DNA of 64,000 nt from an uncultured Methanosarcinales archaeon (lineage in GTDB: Archaea > Nanobdellota > Nanobdellia > Woesearchaeales > ARS49). Where the stretch lies: positions 6,018 through 70,017 of the forward strand of contig CAYIEN010000003.1 in NCBI GenBank assembly GCA_964362535.1, read 5' to 3'. Of the stretch, positions 28,133 to 37,833 are shown piece after piece (within the stretch, counting starts at the first letter, position 1; each line of letters begins with the position of its first letter). The notes beneath the pieces were generated by a model. The model searched no databases. It was not told where the DNA came from and saw only the letters and a program-made list of their open reading frames with translations. The position numbers and the translations under genes were made by a program.

Positions 28133-29278
28133 TTACGTGATTTCAAAGACTAACGCGCCAACATATTTTCCTCTCGCCACTCCTTGTGGAATCGTTGCGT
28201 TGATGGACAAACCCGCAACCTCACCAACACCCAAATGCGTTGTTCTCAGCACTGTTGTTATGATTGCGTCAGCATTTAGTTTTACGGTTATGCTTACATC
28301 AATCGGAACATTACCCGTATTCTGCAACGTTGGCCTGTTTTGCGTTGTTGTGTCTTCATCACCTTCCAAAGATAATGTCCCGCCTGGAGAAATTTTGAGC
28401 GCAAGCAACGGCGCATCCAAACTCACGCCCGTCACCGGCAGAATCTCAACAATGAATGCGCGCGTTTCTGTCTTGTTGCCATCCGTCGCAGTAATGGTGG
28501 CTGTGTAATTACCCGGCAGCGTTGTGTAAGTCAAATGAATTGTTGCGTCGTATGTGTCTGGACCGGATTCTTTCAGGTCGATGACTTCTTCCAAAAATGT
28601 TACTAAGACTGTTGCAGGCATCAGCGTATCAACCGTTATTGCGACATCGCCACCGATGCCCGGAATAATCCTGACCTGCTTTGTTATGCTCGCCTCATCA
28701 ATTACAGCTGTGTCGTTTACTTCCAACTCAATCGGAACTTCGAAACCGCCGCCCGTAACCGCGCCAAATACTGGACTTGCTGCCACAAAATCAAGCGCGT
28801 TATTACCCGTATCTTTTGTCCGTTGGAGGCTTTGTAAAGAGTCTGTGCCTGCATGAGGTGTGCCTTCAAACAAACCTGATTTGATCCCTACTTCCTCACC
28901 CCAACCCACCGCGTCAATAATCGCACCTGTGCTGTCCTTGATTGCAATGCCTGCGTCTGTGTTTGCCATCGTAATAGGCTCTTCGTGCTGCGCGGACGGA
29001 AGGTCGCCCCGTAGAGCTTCCCAACCCGCGTCAGCAATGATATACGTCCCTCCAGAAGAAAGGACGGAGTCGGACGGCACGATTGCATCGGTAAGTGAAG
29101 CTTCCGTGGCAAGCACCCACCCTGATATGTCAACCGCGGATATGCCCTTGTTTTGCAACAAGACAGCCTCCCCGCCCGACTCCGAAGCGGGATCGTAAAG
29201 AACTTCTTGAATTACTACTTGCGCTGAAACCGTTGATATTAGCATTAACGCGAAAATAATCAAGATCACCCATTTCAT
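28133..29278 (-). CDS. Secreted lamin-tail-domain protein with Ig-like C-terminal domains
   Basis: Signal peptide MKWVILIIFALMLISTVSA; VVIQEVLYDP..EAVLLQN..VDISGW..IDAVGWG..DTGNNALDF. Confidence 0.82.
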   Translation of the reverse strand: MKWVILIIFALMLISTVSAQVVIQEVLYDPASESGGEAVLLQNKGISAVDISGWVLATEASLTDAIVPSDSVLSSGGTYIIADAGWEALRGDLPSAQHEEPITMANTDAGIAIKDSTGAIIDAVGWGEEVGIKSGLFEGTPHAGTDSLQSLQRTKDTGNNALDFVAASPVFGAVTGGGFEVPIELEVNDTAVIDEASITKQVRIIPGIGGDVAITVDTLMPATVLVTFLEEVIDLKESGPDTYDATIHLTYTTLPGNYTATITATDGNKTETRAFIVEILPVTGVSLDAPLLALKISPGGTLSLEGDEDTTTQNRPTLQNTGNVPIDVSITVKLNADAIITTVLRTTHLGVGEVAGLSINATIPQGVARGKYVGALVFEIT

Positions 29279-29423
29279 AAAAATATCAAAGATGAACTCC
29301 TTAAAATGAGCATCTGACAAAAAAGCGGAAGAATGACTGAAAACTCCAGATGGTTTTGCGGAATTTACTATCTGTTACTTAAAAAGAAATCACGAGTGCA
29401 TGAAGGAAAGGAAGGAAAAAAGA

Positions 29424-29900
29424 TTATTCTTTTTTGTGTTCCGCAACGAGCGCTTCCAAATCAGTTAAGACTTGTGCATGTCTCAGTTCAGTAATGCTTC
29501 GAACTGCCTTTACTGTCTGTGCAATTAATGGTAATGCGTTTTGTAATGCTTCTTGTGATGCATATCTGAGATTAATTGTAGTCGGGTGATATTCGTAATA
29601 TTCAGAATCATTTTCGAGAGTCGTTTGACAGCCTGAAAGCTTTTCAATCGCAGGCCACGCCTCAATCGGGCAGCGATTTCCGAGTTCAAGCGTTACCATA
29701 AAATGATTATAGTCAAGATTCTCGCAAATAGTGCCGAGTTCATCTTGTTTGTTGGAGATTTGGTAGTTACAGTCACTTGATTGTTTGATGGTGATTTCCA
29801 TCTGATAAATCGCAGAAAATGCCTGCTCAATTAAAGGAATCATTACTTTTGCTCGTGCAGCATATTTTTCGTTTTCCGCAGAGAGTTCTTTTTCGTTCAT
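29424..29900 (-). CDS. Hypothetical protein
   Basis: 158-aa ORF with an AGGTG SD. Confidence 0.65.
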   Translation of the reverse strand: MNEKELSAENEKYAARAKVMIPLIEQAFSAIYQMEITIKQSSDCNYQISNKQDELGTICENLDYNHFMVTLELGNRCPIEAWPAIEKLSGCQTTLENDSEYYEYHPTTINLRYASQEALQNALPLIAQTVKAVRSITELRHAQVLTDLEALVAEHKKE

Positions 29901-29945
29901 AATGCACCTAAAAAACTAAAAATAAAAAAGAAAAAAAGAAGTGAC

Positions 29946-31316
29946 TTACTTGCCTTTCGGTTTCGCCATCATTGTTACGAGAACAATGATGATGACAACT
30001 GCTGCCAAGATACCAACAATCAACGCGGTGATGCCTGCGGGAGTGTCCAAGAAGGAATCATTCGCGCGAGCCTTAACGGTTGTTGAGGTGCTGCCGGTTG
30101 AGCCTGAACCAGACGGAGTCGGTGTAGGCGTAGGTGTCGGAGTCGGCGTGGGTGTAGGCGTCGGCGCAGGAGTGGGTGCGCAGTCTTCAACCTTTACACT
30201 CAACGACTTTCTGTCGCTTTCCGTGTCGGTGTTCCAGTACGAAATCACGTCAACAGCGTACGTGCCTGCCTTTGTAGAGGTCGGCAACACAACGTTGATG
30301 GTTCGTGAGCTTTCGTCGCTTTCATCAAGCTCGATCATGTCTTTGATGACACTGACACCGAGCGTCGGAACTGCGATTTCAACCGCGACTTCGTCTTCGT
30401 CATTCTTGCCGCTGTTGAACAGCTTCAACTTTGCGTCGAAGGAGTTCTTTCCGCACGCAAGCGTGCTCGGACTCAAGGAAGCCGTCTGAATTTGGATTTC
30501 GTGGCTTTCACGCTCAACCTTCAAGTCAATCTGGATTTTCTGACCGTGTCTGCCAGAGAACGGACTTTCGCCGCGTCCTTCAACAGTCACGTCAAGTACG
30601 TACGTGCCAGATGCTTCGCTATCAATTTCGACGTTGCTGATGGTAATTGAGTCTTCATCATTCGCGCTCAACGAAGAGATATCCTCATCTTCGTCAACAT
30701 CAAAGTCAGAATCGTCGATTTCAACATGAACCGTGACATCGTCAAAGTCAACATCGTCATCTTCACTGAACGTGTTTTCCACATCGACACGAATGTCAAT
30801 TTGGTCGCCAGGCTTCAAGTCCTTCAAGTCATCGCCATCTTCAAGCGACTTTTCATCTTCGCCGTTAACGGTAATGTAGACCTTCTTGATTTCCATGTGG
30901 TTCTCAATCTGCGCAGACAAAACGCCGCTGCCAGTGATGGTCGCTGCGCTTTCTGTGCCGGTCGCAACCATATTGCCGATAACGATTGCGTTGTTGTCCA
31001 ATGCACTGTTGACCGCATCATGGTTTTTTGCCAAAACGCTGGTAACCGTGACGGTCGCGGACGCGCCAGCAGCCAATGAGCTGGGAACGCCCGAGAATCC
31101 GATGCTGTAGTCACTCGATGCCGTAGAAGACATCGAAATGGCCGTAACTGTCGTGTTGCCCGAGTTGGTCAACGTGAACGTTGTCGAGACATTCGTGCCT
31201 GCATCAACGCTTGCGCTGCCCAATGTCGCGCTGGACACATCAAGGCTTGCGCTTGCAAGGCTCGCACTGAGTGCGAAGCATGCCAGCAACATAACCAATA
31301 GTGTAAGTTTCTTCAT
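29946..31316 (-). CDS. Cell-surface / S-layer-like glycoprotein with Ig-like domains, a PT linker and a C-terminal membrane anchor
   Basis: Signal peptide, acidic beta-rich domains, N-x-S/T sequons, (PT)n linker, TM helix ending KPKGK. Confidence 0.85.
   Translation of the reverse strand: MKKLTLLVMLLACFALSASLASASLDVSSATLGSASVDAGTNVSTTFTLTNSGNTTVTAISMSSTASSDYSIGFSGVPSSLAAGASATVTVTSVLAKNHDAVNSALDNNAIVIGNMVATGTESAATITGSGVLSAQIENHMEIKKVYITVNGEDEKSLEDGDDLKDLKPGDQIDIRVDVENTFSEDDDVDFDDVTVHVEIDDSDFDVDEDEDISSLSANDEDSITISNVEIDSEASGTYVLDVTVEGRGESPFSGRHGQKIQIDLKVERESHEIQIQTASLSPSTLACGKNSFDAKLKLFNSGKNDEDEVAVEIAVPTLGVSVIKDMIELDESDESSRTINVVLPTSTKAGTYAVDVISYWNTDTESDRKSLSVKVEDCAPTPAPTPTPTPTPTPTPTPTPSGSGSTGSTSTTVKARANDSFLDTPAGITALIVGILAAVVIIIVLVTMMAKPKGK
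30115..30177 (-). repeat. Pro-Thr dipeptide repeat (coding linker)
   Basis: PTPAPTPTPTPTPTPTPTPTP, encoded with varied codons. Confidence 0.9.
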
Positions 31317-31458
31317 ATTGAAATACCCCCACTCCAAGAGTGTTGTTATTCCTTAGGAGTAATGGTTTATATATAAAGGTATCGGTCGTTTATGAAGGGC
31401 ATAACACGCACAATAGAGCTTTATAAAGGCAAAATGCCTGAGAAAAAAAGATCGTATG

Positions 31459-32472
31459 CTACTTTGTCATGAATTCATACGTCACTTTTGACGCCGAACC
31501 AATCACCCTATTCGCTTCCTCAACAGTTGCGCCTTTGCTCATTGCGCAAATAATGTAATGATGATCTTTCAAATAGACAATGCCGCAGTCATGCGTCGAC
31601 TCCTCATCGGGAGTCACGCCATATTTATGCGCCAAACGAATCGATGAGGGAATTCCGGACACGAGCTGCTCCTCGAACGGCGTATCTGCCAGCAAGGAAA
31701 GAATCTCGTTCGAGAACACCCGACGCAAATACGTCGACAAGTACAACGACCTGAACATGTTCGCATATTCCTTCACGCTCGCCTTGGTCACGTCGTCTTT
31801 TTCCTTTGGCCAGTCAAGACCCATCGCAAGACGGGCTTCCATCACGTCATCAAGCGATAGTTGATTCAGCAACGTGCGTGCAGCAGTATTATCGGACTGC
31901 ACCAGCGTATAATAAATCAGATCTTTAATAGTATATTCCGCTCCCGGCTCAACAAATCCAAGCGTGCCAAACCTTGAATCAATGTCAGTCGCCTCAAGCT
32001 TTATTTTATCCGATGGACTTATCATGCCATCCTGAATCCGCTTATATATTGCGACAACAATAGGTAACTTCGCCAGACTTGCCGGGAAAAACTTTTCGCG
32101 CTCATTCAACCCCATCCATGCCCCTGTCGTCAAGTCTTCCACATATAGGGCGTAATTACCGTGTACCGCCGGATCGTTGAGCAGGGCTAACATTTCTGTC
32201 CTGAGTCCAGTCAGGGAAACGGTTCCCGTTTTTTGAATTTCCAAAAAGTCGTTCACCTCCAATGCTGCGATGTCCGGACGAATCAACTCAAACTGGTTTT
32301 CCTTTTCAGCGGAATTCTGCCCAATCAACTGAGGCGTCAAGATCAAGGTATGCCACCACGCAACAGAACCGTTCACTAACACAATAAAAAGAATCAAAAC
32401 GCATACAATCAACGTCCAATTTCTTTTTGGCTTCCCCTGCCCTCCATGATCGGGATGCGTTGGTGCTTCCAT
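31459..32472 (-). CDS. Membrane-anchored class A beta-lactamase-related serine hydrolase
   Basis: SxxK (PASLAK), SDN, HKYG, HDCGIVY; N-terminal TM. Confidence 0.9.
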   Translation of the reverse strand: MEAPTHPDHGGQGKPKRNWTLIVCVLILFIVLVNGSVAWWHTLILTPQLIGQNSAEKENQFELIRPDIAALEVNDFLEIQKTGTVSLTGLRTEMLALLNDPAVHGNYALYVEDLTTGAWMGLNEREKFFPASLAKLPIVVAIYKRIQDGMISPSDKIKLEATDIDSRFGTLGFVEPGAEYTIKDLIYYTLVQSDNTAARTLLNQLSLDDVMEARLAMGLDWPKEKDDVTKASVKEYANMFRSLYLSTYLRRVFSNEILSLLADTPFEEQLVSGIPSSIRLAHKYGVTPDEESTHDCGIVYLKDHHYIICAMSKGATVEEANRVIGSASKVTYEFMTK

Positions 32473-32548
32473 AAATCACTCTTTACAGAAGTATAATAAA
32501 AAGCTTTAGTAAAAACATATATAAAGCCCCGTTCTATTTAAATCTTCT

Positions 32549-32803
32549 ATGGATACTTGGGCAATAATAGGAATTCTCGGCGCCATTTGCATCACCATCG
32601 GTTGGATTCCTGAAATACTTGTTGGGCTCAAGAAAAAAAGCTTGAGAGGCGTTGCGTGGTGGCTCTTACTCATTGAGTTGGCAGGTTCGTTGTTGTTCTT
32701 GGCATATGGTTGGCACCTTGGCGACTCAGTTATTATCGGAACAAACATTGCTGCGAGCTTCTTCCTGCTCCTCCTTGTCGGCATCAAAGCCCACTACAAT
32801 TAA
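32549..32803 (+). CDS. SemiSWEET / PQ-loop-like small transporter
   Basis: Three TM segments; IGILGAICITIGWIPE..KKKS..AYG..IIGTN. Confidence 0.75.
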   Translation: MDTWAIIGILGAICITIGWIPEILVGLKKKSLRGVAWWLLLIELAGSLLFLAYGWHLGDSVIIGTNIAASFFLLLLVGIKAHYN

Positions 32804-33798
32804 TTTTGTTGCGCGACAAACTGGTACGTTGTCTCAGAAACTGTTGAAATAATTTGCGTTGCCTTTTCCTGCGATATCCCTTCAACCATAACACACAACA
32901 TATAAGGTGTTCTCCCAGCGTATACAATGCCACAATCATGAAACTCTTTAGTCACAGCATCACCTTCAGAACGTACACCTATCTTGTGCGCCACCGTGAT
33001 ACCTTCCGGAACACCCGCAACAATCTGGTCATTAAACGGAGTATCACTCAACAAGGAGAGAATGTACTGAGAATGCTCTCGGGTTAGATACGTTGAAAGA
33101 TAGAGGGTTCTGAAAATGTTACTGTACTCTTTCGGCGAAACCAACGTTTGCTGGTTCTCAAAATCAGGCAACGGCAAACCCATTGTCAGCCGCGTTTCAA
33201 TCCATTCCTCAGGCGTGGTGATGTCTGCCAAGGCATTTGCAGCCGTGTTATCCGATTCCTGCAGCATGGTTTGGGTCATCGCACCTACCGTTGTGCGATA
33301 GCCCATGCCGCTCTGCGCCAGCAACCCGAATTTGTCATCCAAATCATTCGGCTGAAGCACGATTTCGTCTTGCAACGACAGCGTGCCGTCTTCCACTTTC
33401 TTTAAAACGGTCGCGGCCAACTGCGTTTTCAATAGGCTTGCCCCAACAAACTTTTGCCGCTCATTCACGCCAACCCACGACCCGCTCGTTAAATCTTCAA
33501 AATAAATACCTATATTGGTTTGGTTGTCAACTATATTATCATAACTTTCTCTTAACGGCTTGTAGTAGAGCGAACGTTGCGCGCTTGAAAAGTCATCATT
33601 GCTCAGTTTCGCGATGTCCGGACGCAACAATGAGAATTTTGTTGAAGGCATAACCTCATTTTCTCGCTCCTGCCACAAATCAACCGAAACCAAAACTCCA
33701 AGAAGAACATTAAACCCGATAAGCACACAAACAGCAATCAACAACCAATTCTTTTTATGATGTTGATGATGCTCCGCAGGAGGACTGTCCATATTCAT
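32800..33798 (-). CDS. Membrane-anchored class A beta-lactamase-related serine hydrolase (paralogue)
   Basis: GASLLK, SDN, HKIG, HDCGIVY; N-terminal TM. Confidence 0.9.
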   Translation of the reverse strand: MNMDSPPAEHHQHHKKNWLLIAVCVLIGFNVLLGVLVSVDLWQERENEVMPSTKFSLLRPDIAKLSNDDFSSAQRSLYYKPLRESYDNIVDNQTNIGIYFEDLTSGSWVGVNERQKFVGASLLKTQLAATVLKKVEDGTLSLQDEIVLQPNDLDDKFGLLAQSGMGYRTTVGAMTQTMLQESDNTAANALADITTPEEWIETRLTMGLPLPDFENQQTLVSPKEYSNIFRTLYLSTYLTREHSQYILSLLSDTPFNDQIVAGVPEGITVAHKIGVRSEGDAVTKEFHDCGIVYAGRTPYMLCVMVEGISQEKATQIISTVSETTYQFVAQQN

Positions 33799-33981
33799 GA
33801 TTTATTCACAAGACTACATAAAGATTTGTGTGGTATTTGTCTATGTTCTCCTTTTCTGTGCCTCTATTGAGCGTAGCAATGGCACTATTAACAAAAAGAC
33901 TGACTGAAAAACTACCATGAACGAGAAACATGCAGGGGAAATTGAATAGGAATAGATGGAGATAAAAAAGATTCAGAACAA

Positions 33982-34575
33982 TTATCTAGACGCGTCTGCT
34001 TGTCTTTCCAATTCCAATTTCTTGGAGATTGCGAGTGACTTTTGGTCCAACTTGTAGGCTGCCAAAATTTCGTCAGCCAATGCGGTTTCAATTGCCATCT
34101 TTGAGTTGAAGCTCTTCGCGTACGCACCCTGCGTAAAGTATCTGAGGACAATGTCGATTCTTCGTTGCGGCGAACATTCGGTTGCCTTCGGATAACGCGC
34201 GCCACCATATTCGATCGTGACGATTTCTTCACGAGGAGCAGCGTTTTCAACAGCCTTAACGAAAACTTTGATCGGGTTTTCCTTCGTCTTTTGCTCGATG
34301 ATTTCAAGCGTCTTCTTAACAATCTCGTACGCCTGCACAGCCATGCCAGTCATCTGACCGGAACTGCGCCAGTGCTTGCCTGACTTCGAGCCAGGAATCA
34401 TGACCTTGTTGATTAAGCGTTCAACAATGAAGACCTTGCTCTTGTGGAACGAGTGACCAGCATATCGTGCGCCTGTTTTAGGAACGATTCTGGGAGCCGT
34501 GACAATGTATCGCTGGAGACCGAGGTCTTCCACCGCGATGCCTTCCGTATCCCATTTGTTAAATGCAAGAACCAT
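33982..34575 (-). CDS. rps7: 30S ribosomal protein uS7
   Basis: IVERLINK, ENPIKVFVKAVENAAPREE, SPQRRID, KKLELERQADASR; start ATG 34575. Confidence 0.96.
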   Translation of the reverse strand: MVLAFNKWDTEGIAVEDLGLQRYIVTAPRIVPKTGARYAGHSFHKSKVFIVERLINKVMIPGSKSGKHWRSSGQMTGMAVQAYEIVKKTLEIIEQKTKENPIKVFVKAVENAAPREEIVTIEYGGARYPKATECSPQRRIDIVLRYFTQGAYAKSFNSKMAIETALADEILAAYKLDQKSLAISKKLELERQADASR

Positions 34576-34585
34576 GTGTGTAGTG

Positions 34586-35023
34586 TTACTTTCGTGCCTT
34601 TTCAATCTTTCCTGAACGCAATGCGAGCAGGCTCTGATCATTGACTTTGATAACTTGCCATCGAACGCCAGGAATATCTCCCTTGGCTCGACCCTTCTTT
34701 CCACCGATGCATTCAATCATGACTTCATCGTGTTCGTCAACAAGCTTCAATGCACCATCGCCCGGCAAAAATGCTGTGACTTGTCTTCCATTCTTGATGA
34801 GTTGGACTCGTGCGCACTTTCTCATTGCTGAGTTAGGCTGCTTTGCTTCCAACTGAACCTTTTCAAGAACAATACCCTTGGCCTGAGATGCGCCTTCTAA
34901 CGGGTCAGATTTGACTTTGAGATTAAGCATACGCTTGATAAATTTCTTGTTGTGCCAACGACCCTCATGTCGACGTCTCATCAAAGACTTCGCAACATTG
35001 AGGCCATTCGCTTTGTTTGCCAT
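34586..35023 (-). CDS. rps12: 30S ribosomal protein uS12
   Basis: [29 protein letters not shown]. Confidence 0.97.
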   Translation of the reverse strand: MANKANGLNVAKSLMRRRHEGRWHNKKFIKRMLNLKVKSDPLEGASQAKGIVLEKVQLEAKQPNSAMRKCARVQLIKNGRQVTAFLPGDGALKLVDEHDEVMIECIGGKKGRAKGDIPGVRWQVIKVNDQSLLALRSGKIEKARK

Positions 35024-35120
35024 TAGACTTCAAACCTTGAGTGGGGGTATTTAAAGCTTACGGAGACGTTGCTTCTTGAGTAGCGAATTCTTTATATTGG
35101 CTGAAAATCCTTCTTTTGGT

Positions 35121-35423
35121 ATGGCAGAACCCCTCGAAATCATGGTCGTTCGTAAAAACAAAGACACAACGCTCTTTGCTGATCGAATGTATGATACTCC
35201 TAAGGTTCATCTTGGCAACACGGAATCTGTTCGTGTTGAAACAAGCGTTCCCGGCGCCAGATCACTCGCTATCACGTATGTTAATATCCCTGATAGTTCC
35301 ATCGTTGAGAATTTCCGCGCATTTGCCAAGACTATCGGTACAGGATATGATATTCCTTCAGCACGAACAGAATTCTACCTTTCACTCTCTGACAATACTC
35401 GCGTCTTGCTCATGGATAAATAA
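35121..35423 (+). CDS. Hypothetical protein
   Basis: ATG 35121 about 25 nt after TTTATA. Confidence 0.55.
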   Translation: MAEPLEIMVVRKNKDTTLFADRMYDTPKVHLGNTESVRVETSVPGARSLAITYVNIPDSSIVENFRAFAKTIGTGYDIPSARTEFYLSLSDNTRVLLMDK

Positions 35424-35436
35424 GTCTACGCTATTT

Positions 35437-35787
35437 TCATTTTGGTAAATTCAATCCTTTAATCGACCACGTTCTTTTTTTCAATGCTACAGTAGGATCA
35501 TAGACTCCTTTCTGCGCACCAACACAGCTCATGTTGTAATCTCCTTCACCTTGACTTTGTAATAAAAACTCAGCATTCACGGTGTAGGCAAGATCAGGAA
35601 TCGGACTTCGATTCACGCGTAGCCACGTACTTCTCGGTAGCAACCAGCCGTTCTTTTGCATTACAAAGTAATACTTCGGACCGTAAAAGTTATTGTCTGC
35701 GTGTCCATCCTTGCACTCACGCAAATACTTTTCCAAGTCACCTCGTAGTTTCGGAGAATACGGTTTGAATAAATCAAAGAAATCCAT
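35437..35787 (-). CDS. Hypothetical protein
   Basis: 116 aa; starts 6 nt after the zinc-ribbon gene. Confidence 0.6.
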   Translation of the reverse strand: MDFFDLFKPYSPKLRGDLEKYLRECKDGHADNNFYGPKYYFVMQKNGWLLPRSTWLRVNRSPIPDLAYTVNAEFLLQSQGEGDYNMSCVGAQKGVYDPTVALKKRTWSIKGLNLPK

Positions 35788-35793
35788 TGTGAT

Positions 35794-36012
35794 TTACAGC
35801 GGAGTGTATATTGCGTGACAGGTTCTACAACCGTATGCTAAGTTGTCATCCCATAAGTCATTGCTACCGCACTTCATGCAGCGACCAGTGTAGTGACCGG
35901 TCGGTTCGTTATTTGGATTGTTTGCACTTTTCATTCTCGCAAGTTGTTGCGGAGAAAGTGCTCCTTTAACGCGCTTTTCTAATGCTTCATCATTAGCAGA
36001 TCGTTCAAACAT
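35794..36012 (-). CDS. Small zinc-ribbon protein
   Basis: CMKCGS..GCRTC; TGATG coupling to nusA. Confidence 0.7.
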   Translation of the reverse strand: MFERSANDEALEKRVKGALSPQQLARMKSANNPNNEPTGHYTGRCMKCGSNDLWDDNLAYGCRTCHAIYTPL

Positions 36013-36422
36013 CAAGCAACCTTTATTTCACTAATCGGAAAGTGTCGTTTGACAATCATTTCTGTTGAGCGTAAATTCATCGCGCTTCTGCCAATCAACA
36101 GTCCACGCATTTGGTGGTTTGCCGCGTGCAGCGTAATCTTTGCGTCTTCCTGCACGATGTCTTGCAATTCCAGAGGATAAACAACATTGCGAATGAACTG
36201 TTTCAAATCAGTAGAATACTCAATAAATCGAATCTTCTTTTTAAGCAAGTTTTCGAGCTTCTTAACAACAACGCCGCCCTTGCCGATACAGCGAGCAATC
36301 GAGTCAGCCGGAATCAAAAAAGTAACTCTCATTTCCTCGAAAATAACATCCTTCGGAGTAACCCCCGAAAGCTGCTCGACAAGATTCATGATTTTGAGAT
36401 CTTCAAAACCGTACGTGACCAC
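36012..36422 (-). CDS. nusA: Archaeal NusA (KH-domain) protein
   Basis: CIGKGG..IEYS..LLIGRSAMNL; canonical position after rpl30e. Confidence 0.92.
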   Translation of the reverse strand: MVTYGFEDLKIMNLVEQLSGVTPKDVIFEEMRVTFLIPADSIARCIGKGGVVVKKLENLLKKKIRFIEYSTDLKQFIRNVVYPLELQDIVQEDAKITLHAANHQMRGLLIGRSAMNLRSTEMIVKRHFPISEIKVA

Positions 36423-36428
36423 GAGAAC

Positions 36429-36698
36429 TTACTCCGTCACGCCAAGAATGCTGACGCCAAACTGCTTTCTGCAGAGCGCGCCCACTTCATCACTTGACAA
36501 CGGAAGCTCAACAACCTGCACGCCAGCCAATTCAGCAAAACGCTTAACGTCCTGACAAACATCTGCCTTGCAGTTCTTTGAGGTAAATACACGCTTAACG
36601 CCGCCCGTCTTGACGAGCTTCATCGTGCGTTCCTGGCCCAAAATAACTTTGCCCGCTTCAAACAACTTCTTGATTTCAACAATAACATCCTTTGCCAT
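36429..36698 (-). CDS. rpl30e: 50S ribosomal protein eL30
   Basis: GKVILG..T.K..NC..EVGALCRKQFGVS. Confidence 0.9.
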   Translation of the reverse strand: MAKDVIVEIKKLFEAGKVILGQERTMKLVKTGGVKRVFTSKNCKADVCQDVKRFAELAGVQVVELPLSSDEVGALCRKQFGVSILGVTE

Positions 36699-36699
36699 T

Positions 36700-37833
36700 T
36701 TACAATTTCTCCTTTACGATTTTAGCGACAAGACCGGGCAAACCCGTACCGATCGGCACAGGCTGGTTCAACATGACGTTCTCAACAACCGAGTTGAGCT
36801 CGTCACTCTCGCCGACAAGCGCGGCCTCAATAATGTGCAAGATAGGAGTTTCGAAAGAAGCTCGTGCAAGCACGGAGTTCTTCTCGCTGATAACACCATA
36901 TCGGGTAACTCCCTTGACTTCACCTGAAACTGTCATCGTGTCAACAACCAACATAAAATGGCGGACATCAATATCAATACCCTGCGATTGGAATGCGTGC
37001 GAAACTTCATTCAACACAGCCTGACGCGCGGCTTCAATGCCGAGAACCGAATAGACTTCCAACACATCGTTGGTCGTCGTCTTGGTCGCGTCAACAAAGT
37101 CAAGCTCCAACACTTTCTTCAAGTTTGAGCCAGCCGTGATAATCAAAAACTCATCCTTTCTACGGACAGGCAACACCTGACGGATTTCCTTAATTCCAGT
37201 GATGTAGACCTTCTTGACTTCTTCCTTCATCTTATACAACTCATTCAGACTTTCGCCCTTGAGCTTGATCGAGATTTCAGAACCTTCGCCCTTGATGGTT
37301 GCTCCCTTAATTCCCTTTTCGAGAGCCTTGACAACCGTTGAAGCAGTAATGCTCAATTCCTTCATGCGTTCGGAGCTCAACTTTGCTTCGATTTTCAAGT
37401 CGATAACATTCATGTTGAATTCAGTAACGAGTTCGCCAAACGTGGTTTCTTTGAGAGCAAGCGCGAGTTCGCGAATGTCCTTGCCTTTGTTATACGGAGC
37501 TTTCAGGAAGATTTCCATCTTCGGAGTCTTGATTTCCTTGCGGCCGTCAAGCAATTCAACGACACGAGGCAAACCCATCGTGACGTTCATTTCGGCAACG
37601 CCCGCGAAGTGGAACGTGTTCAACGTCATCTGCGTCGAAGGTTCACCGATACTTTCCGCGCCAACAACGCCGACGCTTTCTCCCGCGTCAACCTGCGCAG
37701 CCATGAAGTCAGCATAGACTTGCTTTGCAACTTTCTTCAACTTGTTTGCCGGACACTTTTCTTCGATTTCCTTCAACAAGTGCTCGGGAAGTTTGCCGCT
37801 GTAATCATCAAGGTCTTTGTGCATGGTTTTCAC
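36700..37833 (-). CDS. rpoA2: RNA polymerase subunit A'' (Rpo1C)
   Basis: [34 protein letters not shown]. Confidence 0.97.
   Translation of the reverse strand: MKTMHKDLDDYSGKLPEHLLKEIEEKCPANKLKKVAKQVYADFMAAQVDAGESVGVVGAESIGEPSTQMTLNTFHFAGVAEMNVTMGLPRVVELLDGRKEIKTPKMEIFLKAPYNKGKDIRELALALKETTFGELVTEFNMNVIDLKIEAKLSSERMKELSITASTVVKALEKGIKGATIKGEGSEISIKLKGESLNELYKMKEEVKKVYITGIKEIRQVLPVRRKDEFLIITAGSNLKKVLELDFVDATKTTTNDVLEVYSVLGIEAARQAVLNEVSHAFQSQGIDIDVRHFMLVVDTMTVSGEVKGVTRYGVISEKNSVLARASFETPILHIIEAALVGESDELNSVVENVMLNQPVPIGTGLPGLVAKIVKEKL

Noticed and set aside
29941..30489. ORF with a (GV)n repeat
   Set aside because: Reverse complement of the PT linker of the surface protein.
34576..34716. N-terminal extension of uS7 in the ORF track
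   Set aside because: Overlaps uS12; homology starts at ATG 34575.
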